The notes beneath the pieces were generated by a model. It was not told where the DNA came from and searched no databases. It saw only the letters and a program-made list of their open reading frames with translations. 64,000 nucleotides of DNA from positions 103,581 through 167,580 of the IMG/VR virus record IMGVR_UViG_3300002231_001563; one strand, 5' to 3'. Both the position numbers and the translations under genes were made by a program. Shown here piece after piece: positions 29,501 to 36,759 of the stretch; position 1 is the stretch's first letter, and every line of letters begins with the position of its first letter. Origin of the DNA: a virus.

Positions 29501-29999
29501 TGGTCTTATCGATACGCGCTTTACTGGAGGTAAGCATTTTTGGTCTGCAATTTGTGTTGATCGCCCTAGAAAAGAAAAACATCTTTTAGAAAATATAGAA
29601 GCATACGCACCAGAGGGAGATTTTTCTGACGAAGAGAAGATTGGATACTTGGTTGAGTTAACAGGAGTTTTCCCATTCAACCGAGTCATGAAACCCGAGA
29701 TATACGAACAATTAAACGCGGCTTTAATACCCCCCATTGCCAACTATGACCCAGAGCTTTGTGAGGTTGTGTGGTTTATTCCGCGCAAGGTGGTTCCCAA
29801 GAAGACAAAAAATGGGAAACCTTACTGGATTCTGGAGGTCATCGATGACACCAATAGCTTGACAAAGATTCGCTGTTGGGGAGTGAGAGACCATGATCGC
29901 ATCCACGTCAACAAGCCATACATGGCCAAGCTAGAGCACAATGAGAAGTGGGGCTTTTCCACTAGAAGTTTAAGAAGAAATTTTAGAATTTTAGCTTGA
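26571..29999 (+). CDS. dnaE: DNA polymerase III alpha subunit (family C)
   Basis: PHP LHAHS...ALTDHG, GRGSAAGSLVAY, YPDIDYD, SRHAGGVVI, IKFDVLGL, FQEQI, YGFNKSHAVSY, C-terminal OB (KTKNGKPYW). Confidence 0.96.
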   Translation: MMMKSEIPFVGLHAHSVAGSIFDAIGYPQEHMDFAFENGMDALALTDHGNMNGLPHQVMHAKKMREEGRNFKPIFGIEAYFLPSLDDWRNDYEAAKEDKKKRKTLSKDVTATTVEDEDASKKQTRNILNRRRHLILLAQDQEGLNNLFAMISESFGPDNYYRYPRVDYATLKKYCKGVIGASACLGGVYAGNYWENREEGELAVLNAMRETTKQMIDIFGDRWYGELQWNNIPEQHKLNKYIIKMHEEFGIELISTSDSHYPTPDSWKDRELYKKLGWLGKPRPGYESAELPEGVEEIGYELYPRNGNQMWEAYKKYSESCGVDYDDDLVMRSITNTYHIAHERIADFLPDNTVRLPDFVIPAGETADSALEKFCIEGLRRLGLHADEKYTERLRQELGVISDRGFSKYFLTMNQVSQKANEVMLAGPGRGSAAGSLVAYALNITQVDPLKYGLQFSRFMRADATDYPDIDYDVSDSMGLKEMLIKSWGEDKVAPISNWNTLQLKSLIKDISKFYGIEFREVNDVTSVMLYEAMGPAKMRHGIKTGIYSPTFEEVMEFSDTLKKFLARYPHVKTHVEALYGQVRSCSRHAGGVVIGEDLNSRMPLINSGGVRQTPWSEGQNVRHLEPMGFIKFDVLGLSTLKMIEGAIYHILRRHHGIENPSFTDIKEFYDKNLHPDVMDFGDQNVYENIFHKGKWAGVFQFTETGAQNFCRLAKPTNLIDLAAITSIYRPGPLGANVHNDYVEAKRRPHLLKFINEEHRSVTEETFGFLIFQEQIAELAHRLGKDLSLDEGNALRKVLTKKGTGKEAKVKRALHKKFVEGCIEKGLQQRTGERLWETFEYFSGYGFNKSHAVSYCIISFQCAWLLNYYQVEWLAAFLDKEPETRKEKAINIAKSFGLGIKSLDVNSSGRVWEISKDGSMLIQPLSSIKGLGDAAIDQILAHRPFANVEEFIFNEKITYSKLNKKSLDVLCRSGTLNGLIDTRFTGGKHFWSAICVDRPRKEKHLLENIEAYAPEGDFSDEEKIGYLVELTGVFPFNRVMKPEIYEQLNAALIPPIANYDPELCEVVWFIPRKVVPKKTKNGKPYWILEVIDDTNSLTKIRCWGVRDHDRIHVNKPYMAKLEHNEKWGFSTRSLRRNFRILA

Positions 30000-30024
30000 C
30001 AAATGAATTCAGAAAGGCTATAAT
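29996..30024 (+). promoter_or_regulatory. sigma70 consensus promoter
   Basis: TTGACA-17-TATAAT. Confidence 0.8.
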
Positions 30025-30057
30025 AAAGTATAGTAAAACAAACCATGAGGAGGTTGT

Positions 30058-30246
30058 GTGAAATTCACAAATGTAATTACTAAAATCGATTTTGAACAAG
30101 ATGATATCCGCCAAGCACTTGCTGATTATATAGATTTTTATCATCATAAGCCGGATTTAGCAGCCAGCATCCGCAAAAACTCGTTCAAGGTCACCAGTTC
30201 TCCTACGGGAAAATTCAGTATTAAAGTGAAAACAGAGGTGGGCTGA
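30058..30246 (+). CDS. small hypothetical protein
   Basis: GTG start after GAGGAGG; stop overlaps purA start. Confidence 0.55.
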   Translation: MKFTNVITKIDFEQDDIRQALADYIDFYHHKPDLAASIRKNSFKVTSSPTGKFSIKVKTEVG

Positions 30247-31247
30247 TGCTAAGAGTGGATGTTATCGTGGGCGCCCAATATGGTGATGAGGGAAAGGGAA
30301 AAGTAACTCATCACTTGTTGAGGGAGGGGGACTATACTCATTGTGTAAGATATAATGGCGGCTGCAATGCCGGCCATACCATCTATCATCAGGGAGAGAA
30401 ATTTGTTACCCACCATATTCCCGCTGGGGTCTTTTTTGGAAAGCGGTGCATTATAGGCCCGGGCTGTGTAGTCGATATCCACAAATTTTTTACAGAGCTT
30501 CAAATGCTCAATGCGGCAGGCATTAATACTGACGGCAAGGTGTATATCGCCAAGAACGCCCACATTATTCAAGAGGATCATTTCGAACAGGACTCTACCG
30601 AAACCCGTATTGGTACTACGCGCACTGGAAACGGCCCTTGCTATGCAGCTAAGTATGGAAGAAATGGTGCTCAAGCTAAAGACTTCGCCATTCTACAGCC
30701 CTTCTTGATAGATATGTACGAGGAGTTCTTTTATCGCAGCCCCAATGCTACGGTCCTGTGTGAAGGCGCTCAAGGCTTCGGCCTCGATATTGACTGGGGA
30801 GATTATCCCTATGTAACAAGTAGTCATTGCACTACAGCTGGGGCGCTCTTGAATGGCTTCCCACCGCGCTCATTGCGCCATGTTTATGGGGTAGCAAAAG
30901 CCTATGAGACTTATGTAGGCGCTAAAGACTTCCAACCTGAAGATGAAATCTTTGAAGCGTTGCAGGTCGCTGGAGATGAGTTTGGTGCCACCACGGGCCG
31001 CAAGCGTCAGTGTAACTGGCTTGATTTAAGCAAGATTCATCAGGCCGTCAATTTAAATGGAGTCACGCATTTAGTGATTAATAAGATGGATATATTGGAA
31101 AAGCTCGACAAATGGGTGGTATATGTGGGGGCCAAAGGCGACAATGCAATCTTCACTTTCCCTAATCGCACTCAATTTTGTGATTATATTTCTCATTATT
31201 TCCAGGACATCTACGTCACATTTTCGGACTCTCCTGAAAAAATTTAA
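30246..31247 (+). CDS. purA: adenylosuccinate synthetase (short form)
   Basis: GAQYGDEGKGK, GGCNAGHT, IGTTRTGNGP, EGAQG, YPYVTSS, GATTGRKR, NKMD. Confidence 0.93.
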   Translation: MLRVDVIVGAQYGDEGKGKVTHHLLREGDYTHCVRYNGGCNAGHTIYHQGEKFVTHHIPAGVFFGKRCIIGPGCVVDIHKFFTELQMLNAAGINTDGKVYIAKNAHIIQEDHFEQDSTETRIGTTRTGNGPCYAAKYGRNGAQAKDFAILQPFLIDMYEEFFYRSPNATVLCEGAQGFGLDIDWGDYPYVTSSHCTTAGALLNGFPPRSLRHVYGVAKAYETYVGAKDFQPEDEIFEALQVAGDEFGATTGRKRQCNWLDLSKIHQAVNLNGVTHLVINKMDILEKLDKWVVYVGAKGDNAIFTFPNRTQFCDYISHYFQDIYVTFSDSPEKI

Positions 31248-31255
31248 ATTAAAGC

Positions 31256-31284
31256 TTGACATGGCATAGCAAACATGTTATATT
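31256..31284 (+). promoter_or_regulatory. sigma70-type promoter
   Basis: TTGACA-17-TATATT with TGn. Confidence 0.7.
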
Positions 31285-31309
31285 ATTAAAACAAACAAAA
31301 GGAATAAGC

Positions 31310-31624
31310 ATGACTAGTGGTTTTGAAATTTTTGAAAACGTCGTAGAGATTCACCAACAGGAGTTGGATGTGGAAGAGAACAGTAGGGAGGCCCGAATGG
31401 TAGAATATGTTCGCTCCCTCGCCACCCTAGAAGAGGCCATGGAGCCATACAAGGAACAAAAGCGAGAACTTAAAAAAGAATACAAAGAACAGGGCTGGCT
31501 TACTGGAGACGAAATTTCAACTACAGTAAAGGCTTATCGCATGATGAAGTCAAAATCTTTCGATATTGATGAATTCAACAAAATATTCACCACTTTAACA
31601 CAACTTTCAGGAGAAAATACATGA
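31310..31624 (+). CDS. possible dsDNA-binding protein (T4 DsbA/GapR-like)
   Basis: VEYVRSLATLEEAMEPYKEQKRELKKEYKEQG helical pattern. Confidence 0.45.
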   Translation: MTSGFEIFENVVEIHQQELDVEENSREARMVEYVRSLATLEEAMEPYKEQKRELKKEYKEQGWLTGDEISTTVKAYRMMKSKSFDIDEFNKIFTTLTQLSGENT

Positions 31625-31899
31625 AACGAAAACCTCTAACCACCATCGACGATATCACAGTTTATAATGTAGATTTTGTCAAGGCATGGCAGACCTCATC
31701 ATCTGCTCGCGAAGTTTGCAAAAAGCTTCACATTGTTGAGTCTACCGACGCATGCCGCAAAGTGTCAAATTTAGCCTCTCGCCTTCGCATCAAGGGAGTG
31801 CCGATGCGCAAGTTCAAGGGGGGCTCTTCATCCATACATTCCCCTCAAGATTATTCCGATTTGGCCGACTTGGCCCGCGAATTTAAGGAGAATCGCTAA
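31621..31899 (+). CDS. hypothetical protein, possible HTH
   Basis: FVKAWQTSSSAREVCKKL...ASRLRIKGVPMRKF. Confidence 0.55.
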   Translation: MKRKPLTTIDDITVYNVDFVKAWQTSSSAREVCKKLHIVESTDACRKVSNLASRLRIKGVPMRKFKGGSSSIHSPQDYSDLADLAREFKENR

Positions 31900-31900
31900 G

Positions 31901-32434
31901 ATGATTTTAGAATATCACCGTACGAGGCCAGATGCCATCCCTCCCACTCGGGCTAATCCGTCCGATGCGGGCCTAGACGTCCACTTCAATCCCGATGATG
32001 TGGCCCTCCAGGGTCTCTACCTGGATCCGGGGGAAAGCAAGCTGTTCTCTACAGGATTAAAATTCGGGGTACCACACGGCTACATGCTCGAAGTAAAGAA
32101 CCGGAGCGGCAACGCATCAAAGCGCAGTCTCTTGGTGGGCGCCTGCGTAATCGACTCGGGATATGACGGTGAAGTCTTTGTTAATCTACATAATGTGGGA
32201 AAAGAAAGACAATTTATCAACCGGGGAATGAAAATTGCACAAATTGTAATGGTTCCTGTCGTCCACTTCAGGGCCTTGGAGAGTGCAACTGATAATCTGT
32301 ACAGCTGGTACCCCATCACTATGAGTGACCGAGGGCAAGGAGCACTGGGCTCAACAGACCAGAAGCTCCCCGCCTCGGCCATCAACCCCTTTGACCTGCC
32401 CAAAAATTGGGAATTGGGAGATCCACAAAAATGA
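31901..32434 (+). CDS. dut: trimeric dUTPase
   Basis: SDAGLD, NRSG, GACVIDSGYDGE, KIAQ, RGQGALGST. Confidence 0.93.
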   Translation: MILEYHRTRPDAIPPTRANPSDAGLDVHFNPDDVALQGLYLDPGESKLFSTGLKFGVPHGYMLEVKNRSGNASKRSLLVGACVIDSGYDGEVFVNLHNVGKERQFINRGMKIAQIVMVPVVHFRALESATDNLYSWYPITMSDRGQGALGSTDQKLPASAINPFDLPKNWELGDPQK

Positions 32435-33465
32435 TTCTTCGCGAAGGTCTATCCTATGATGACGTCCTTTTGGTACCACAATATTCCGATATTGTGAGCC
32501 GCCGCGAAGTCGAGATTGGGAATTCCCTAGGTGAAGATTTATATTTTAGGCTTCCTGTATTTTCTTCGCCGATGGATACCGTCACCGGCCAGCAGATGGC
32601 GGTGTCTATGAGTGACTCAGGCGGCCTAGGAGTCATCCACCGCTATAATTCCATAGAAGAGCAAGTGGCTCTCTGTAGTCACATCCATTCCAAAGGGGCC
32701 ATAGCGGCAGCTGCCATCGGGGTGAGCGGAGATAGTTTCGAGCGCGCACATGAACTGGCTCTTGCCGGTGCACAAATACTATGTGTGGACGTAGCTCATG
32801 GCCATCACACACTTATGCGCAAGGCTATCCCTAAGATAAGGGAGATAGTCGGCCCGGCGATTCACATCATGGCGGGCAATGTGGCCACTAAGCATGGCTT
32901 TGAAGACTTGGCTCATTGGGGCGCTGATTCTGTGCGATGTAATATTGGCGGAGGATCTATCTGCTCTACGCGGATTGAGACTGGTCACGGCGTCCCCGGT
33001 CTACAGACTATTTTTGATTGCTTCAGGGCAGATATTTCACGCGATGTGAAAATTATTGCAGATGGAGGTATAAGAAATAGCGGAGATATTGTCAAGGCCC
33101 TAGCGGCAGGAGCAGATTTTGTTATGGTAGGGTCGTTGCTCGCTGGCACAAACGAGGCTCCCGGTTCCATTATCCAGACTTTAGAGGGACGTCTCTATAA
33201 AGCCTATCGTGGGATGGCCAGCAAGGAGGCCCAACATGACTGGCGCGGTAAGCATAGTTCTAATGAGGGCATTTCTACCAGCGTACCATGCACTGGCCCT
33301 GTGGCCGACATTCTTGAGGACCTTGCAAGCGGCATCCGCAGCGGCTTCTCGTATTCAGGCGCCCGCAATATACTAGAACTGCAAAGCAACGCTGAGTTTA
33401 TTCGCCAAACTAGTTCTGGCCAACGCGAAAGTGCAACTCATATTCTTGGTAGAGCCAATGAGTGA
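32431..33465 (+). CDS. IMPDH/GMP reductase family enzyme without CBS domains (GMP reductase favoured)
   Basis: LSYDDVLLVP, SSPMDTVT, VDVAHGH, AGNVAT, GGGSICSTR catalytic loop, IIADGGI, YRGMAS...NEGIS. Confidence 0.88.
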   Translation: MILREGLSYDDVLLVPQYSDIVSRREVEIGNSLGEDLYFRLPVFSSPMDTVTGQQMAVSMSDSGGLGVIHRYNSIEEQVALCSHIHSKGAIAAAAIGVSGDSFERAHELALAGAQILCVDVAHGHHTLMRKAIPKIREIVGPAIHIMAGNVATKHGFEDLAHWGADSVRCNIGGGSICSTRIETGHGVPGLQTIFDCFRADISRDVKIIADGGIRNSGDIVKALAAGADFVMVGSLLAGTNEAPGSIIQTLEGRLYKAYRGMASKEAQHDWRGKHSSNEGISTSVPCTGPVADILEDLASGIRSGFSYSGARNILELQSNAEFIRQTSSGQRESATHILGRANE

Positions 33466-33787
33466 GTATGGCAAAAATCAAAAACGCATCTCTTTCATGG
33501 ATACCGATAAGAGAAATGCCGATTTTCTAATCAAACTGAAACACGATGGACTCACCAAGACTAAATTCTTCAGAGCTATTTTAAGCGGGTATCTGGAGGA
33601 AGATGGGTTAATGGGGGAATTTATTTCTACTTATAAAAAGAAAAGTGGCTCTCAAAGTAAAAATAAAATTAAAATAGTAGAGAAATCAAGAGAGGAGGCC
33701 ACCCAGGTGGAGAAGAAATTCGGCCTAGCCGAAGGAGAAATTGAAAGTATATTTGATATTTTAGAAAAAGAACATCCAGATTTATAA
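33458..33787 (+). CDS. hypothetical protein
   Basis: ORF coupled to upstream stop. Confidence 0.6.
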   Translation: MSEYGKNQKRISFMDTDKRNADFLIKLKHDGLTKTKFFRAILSGYLEEDGLMGEFISTYKKKSGSQSKNKIKIVEKSREEATQVEKKFGLAEGEIESIFDILEKEHPDL

Positions 33788-33814
33788 ACTTTCTGGATTT
33801 TTAAAAAATCAAAT

Positions 33815-33822
33815 ACTATTTA
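33815..33822 (+). promoter_or_regulatory. putative late promoter motif CTAnTTA
   Basis: ACTATTTA in intergenic gap before the acidic late protein. Confidence 0.55.
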
Positions 33823-33871
33823 TTAATAACAAGAGTAAAACCCCGCCAGGTGGTATTTAGGAGATTTTAAA

Positions 33872-34699
33872 ATGAGCAAGAAGAACCTTTTGAATGAAGG
33901 AACTATTAAACAATTTGGCAAATTAGCCAACATTAATGCGACCTTGACGTCTAACTTTATCGAAGAGAATTTCGCACAAACAGGCCTTCAAGAGGATGAA
34001 GTAGATGTGCTCGATGATATTGCAGCGGAAGAGGACGCCGAAGAGGCCATGGCCGATGCAGACGCTCTAGAAGATGAGGCAGACGCGATGGAAGATGAGG
34101 CGCAAGACGATCTTGCCGCCGCAGAAATAGGCGCCGCAGACGATGCTGAGTCGCTAGTTATGTCCATCGTTGGCGATATTCAACAATTGGCGCAGCTGGC
34201 TGGAGTTGAGGTGGATGTGGAATCCGAAGAAGAGATTGAAATTGACGATGAGATTGATATCGATGGTGACATCGAAGATATGGACGTTGATATGGACGTT
34301 GAAGAGACCCTTGAAGAAATGATTGGAGGAATCTTAGGCGAAGAAACCCATGACGAGAAAGAGCGGAGAAACATTCGGAATAACGAAAAGCACATCGCCC
34401 GCCTTCGACACGACGACGAGGAAGATGCTGGAGATATGCGCAATGAAGGTGACAAGAAGGGCGACCCATCAAAGACGCGCCCTGGTGACGAAGATTACGA
34501 AGCTCATGAGGGTAGCAAATCCAAGACACATCCCGGCGAAAAAGACTTCACTACTAAAAAAGGCGACAAACTAAAAGTTGGCTCTGGTAAGTGGGGTTCT
34601 AAGCCCGGTGATAAAGCTTATGTTAATGAAAGGCTAGTCCAAGAAGTACTCCAAAGAGTCAAGACGCGCCTAGCTTCACTTTCAAAGTCAAGAAAATAA
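33872..34699 (+). CDS. highly acidic late protein (scaffold/internal-head candidate)
   Basis: D/E/A-rich helical N-half; three SKxxPG-type repeats; ACTATTTA upstream. Confidence 0.55.
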   Translation: MSKKNLLNEGTIKQFGKLANINATLTSNFIEENFAQTGLQEDEVDVLDDIAAEEDAEEAMADADALEDEADAMEDEAQDDLAAAEIGAADDAESLVMSIVGDIQQLAQLAGVEVDVESEEEIEIDDEIDIDGDIEDMDVDMDVEETLEEMIGGILGEETHDEKERRNIRNNEKHIARLRHDDEEDAGDMRNEGDKKGDPSKTRPGDEDYEAHEGSKSKTHPGEKDFTTKKGDKLKVGSGKWGSKPGDKAYVNERLVQEVLQRVKTRLASLSKSRK

Positions 34700-34763
34700 T
34701 TTATCAAACACCTGATTGCCTCGATGATGTTTACGTCGGGGCCTTCGTGCATTTGGAGTAGGC

Positions 34764-35165
34764 ATGAATACTGCATTGATTTTCGTGGCCGGTATTTTGT
34801 GCGGCGCTTTTAGTTACCGAGCATATATGGTTCTCACGGGCGCCTCTCTGAATATTCGGATGTTTCGTATGGCCGAACTCTATTGTCTCCGCATGCTGGT
34901 GATGTGTGTCGAGGACGCCATATTCATCAAAGAAAGTAAACACAAAGTAATGAAAGGATTACACGTTTTCAGCGACGAACAGCGCGAACACATGAGGAAA
35001 GACGATGAATACAATCTCAAGAGATGGCAGGATGCGGCCATCAAAATGTTGATTCAGATTTATCCTCCCCTCTATCGTCATCTTATCCAATATGATGATT
35101 GGGATTCGGCTATGGTGTGGCTCAATGCCAATATGAAAAAAATACTTGACAAATCTTCTGGATAA
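34764..35165 (+). CDS. hypothetical protein with N-terminal hydrophobic segment
   Basis: GGAG RBS; MNTALIFVAGILCGAF. Confidence 0.6.
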   Translation: MNTALIFVAGILCGAFSYRAYMVLTGASLNIRMFRMAELYCLRMLVMCVEDAIFIKESKHKVMKGLHVFSDEQREHMRKDDEYNLKRWQDAAIKMLIQIYPPLYRHLIQYDDWDSAMVWLNANMKKILDKSSG

Positions 35166-35174
35166 GGTTATACT
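35146..35174 (+). promoter_or_regulatory. sigma70-type promoter
   Basis: TTGACA-17-TATACT. Confidence 0.7.
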
Positions 35175-35193
35175 TATATAGTGGAGAAAATTT

Positions 35194-35526
35194 ATGAAAG
35201 CTATAGCGTGGAAGTTGTATATAAAAAATGAAAAGGTACTCTACGTCCTTCAGGTTGAGGGTATCGATGGAAAACGCAAAGAAAACAAATTGCTTCGCGA
35301 ATTAAAAAACTGGAAGAATTATGGGGAAGGGTATGACGTTAAGGGAAAATCTAAAATGCTGATGTTTAAGAATTACTTTGAGAGCGACGACGCCTGGAAA
35401 GACTGGGCGCGCCAATTTCCCTATGAGTTAGCGGAGGTCGGAAAGAGCGGCAAATTAAAGCCATATAAGCTGGGCCTCGCATATATTGAGTTACAAGAGA
35501 AACGCCGCCAGAGAGGTACAAAATGA
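35194..35526 (+). CDS. hypothetical protein
   Basis: GGAG RBS, coupled to clpP-like gene. Confidence 0.6.
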   Translation: MKAIAWKLYIKNEKVLYVLQVEGIDGKRKENKLLRELKNWKNYGEGYDVKGKSKMLMFKNYFESDDAWKDWARQFPYELAEVGKSGKLKPYKLGLAYIELQEKRRQRGTK

Positions 35527-36098
35527 CGGATGTAGATTTGGATAATGAGATGGAACATGAAGCAGAGGCGCCACCGCCGCCCCCTCCCACTGAGCCACGC
35601 GCCTTGGGATTATTTCATGATATCGACGAGAAGAAGGCCGAAGAGCTTATTTATGCCCTGCGCCTCTATAGTGCCGATTCTTCAGAGGATATCGAGATGT
35701 ATGTCTCTACCAACGGAGGTAGCGCCTGTGATATGTTTGCGATTTATGATTTCATGCGCGAGATACAGCAGGAGGTGGATATCTCTACCTATGGCTTGGG
35801 AAAAGTCATGTCTGCGGGGGTACTATTACTAGCCGCTGGAACCAAGGGAAAAAGAAAAATCGGCCGTTTCTGTCGCGTCATGATTCATTCGGTTATCGGC
35901 GGCAACGCGGGCGCACTTAATGATTTAAAAAACGAAATGAAAGAAATTCAAGAAATTCAGGATCTCTACATCGAAGCACTATGTCAAGAGACAAATTTTA
36001 CTCGCCACAGGTTAAAGAAGTTGTTTGAGAAAAACGTCAATGTCTATTTGTCAGCCGAAGACGCAGTGGAGTATGGTATTGCTGATATTATTGTTTAA
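35523..36098 (+). CDS. clpP: ClpP-like protease
   Basis: IEMYVSTNGG, GLGKVMSAGVLLLAAGTKGKR, RVMIH, YLSAEDAVEYGIAD. Confidence 0.88.
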   Translation: MTDVDLDNEMEHEAEAPPPPPPTEPRALGLFHDIDEKKAEELIYALRLYSADSSEDIEMYVSTNGGSACDMFAIYDFMREIQQEVDISTYGLGKVMSAGVLLLAAGTKGKRKIGRFCRVMIHSVIGGNAGALNDLKNEMKEIQEIQDLYIEALCQETNFTRHRLKKLFEKNVNVYLSAEDAVEYGIADIIV

Positions 36099-36109
36099 GG
36101 GAGAAAAAC

Positions 36110-36751
36110 ATGCCAGTTTTAAAGGGCTTGCATGCACGACTTATTACCGAACAGGTTAAGAGAGTCTTAAAAGCCAAAAATTATGTATATTTTGATGGAA
36201 ATATTCCATGGAATGTGAATATTATTGGAGTCAGGGCCAGCGACCGATTGGCAGATTCCTTTGATGATACCATTCTCGTGTTATACCGTAACAAGAAGGG
36301 GGAGAACGAGGTGTTTTCCACCCGCATCACCACTGATCCCTCGACCTACTACCTTATTGATCATCCGGTGAACCCTAGCGGGACAGCTATATTGGTCCCA
36401 GCCCAATATCGGGGAGTATATAAGGTGGATATCCATGCAAAAAACAACCCCAGTTTCGCGCACGAAGCGCTGTGTCAGCGCAATGGTCCGGTCCAAGTAT
36501 ATCGAGATAATAATAGGGATCATATCCTAGACCATGATCCTGACTCGGTAGAACAGGGGTGGTTTGGAATAAATATTCATCAAGCCAAGTCGGGCGAGAC
36601 GAGATATGTAGGCTCCTACTCCGCTGGTTGTCAAGTTTTTAAGAACAGCACTGAATTTAAAAAATTCCTAGAAATTATTAAACGAAGCAGGGACTCTCTT
36701 GGTAACAGTTTTACCTATACTCTCTTGGAAGAAAGTGATTTTGAGGACTAA
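36110..36751 (+). CDS. YkuD/L,D-transpeptidase-like peptidoglycan enzyme
   Basis: FGINIHQA...YSAGCQVF (His...SxGC catalytic motif). Confidence 0.7.
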   Translation: MPVLKGLHARLITEQVKRVLKAKNYVYFDGNIPWNVNIIGVRASDRLADSFDDTILVLYRNKKGENEVFSTRITTDPSTYYLIDHPVNPSGTAILVPAQYRGVYKVDIHAKNNPSFAHEALCQRNGPVQVYRDNNRDHILDHDPDSVEQGWFGINIHQAKSGETRYVGSYSAGCQVFKNSTEFKKFLEIIKRSRDSLGNSFTYTLLEESDFED

Positions 36752-36759
36752 TTAGTAAT

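Noticed and set aside
18762-29999. Inteins or group I introns in RNR, helicase or DnaE
   Set aside because: Lengths and motif order are normal; no intein splice motifs or LAGLIDADG/HNH inserts were seen.
30246-31247. PurZ / 2-aminoadenine (Z-genome) pathway
   Set aside because: The protein keeps the PurA catalytic Asp (GDEGKG) where PurZ/PurZ0 have Ser, and no dATPase or MazG-type partner genes are in the window; canonical PurA is the better call.
32431-33465. Plain guaB (IMP dehydrogenase) annotation
   Set aside because: No Arg-Tyr dyad is visible in the flap, so the gene symbol is withheld; direction of catalysis needs an assay.
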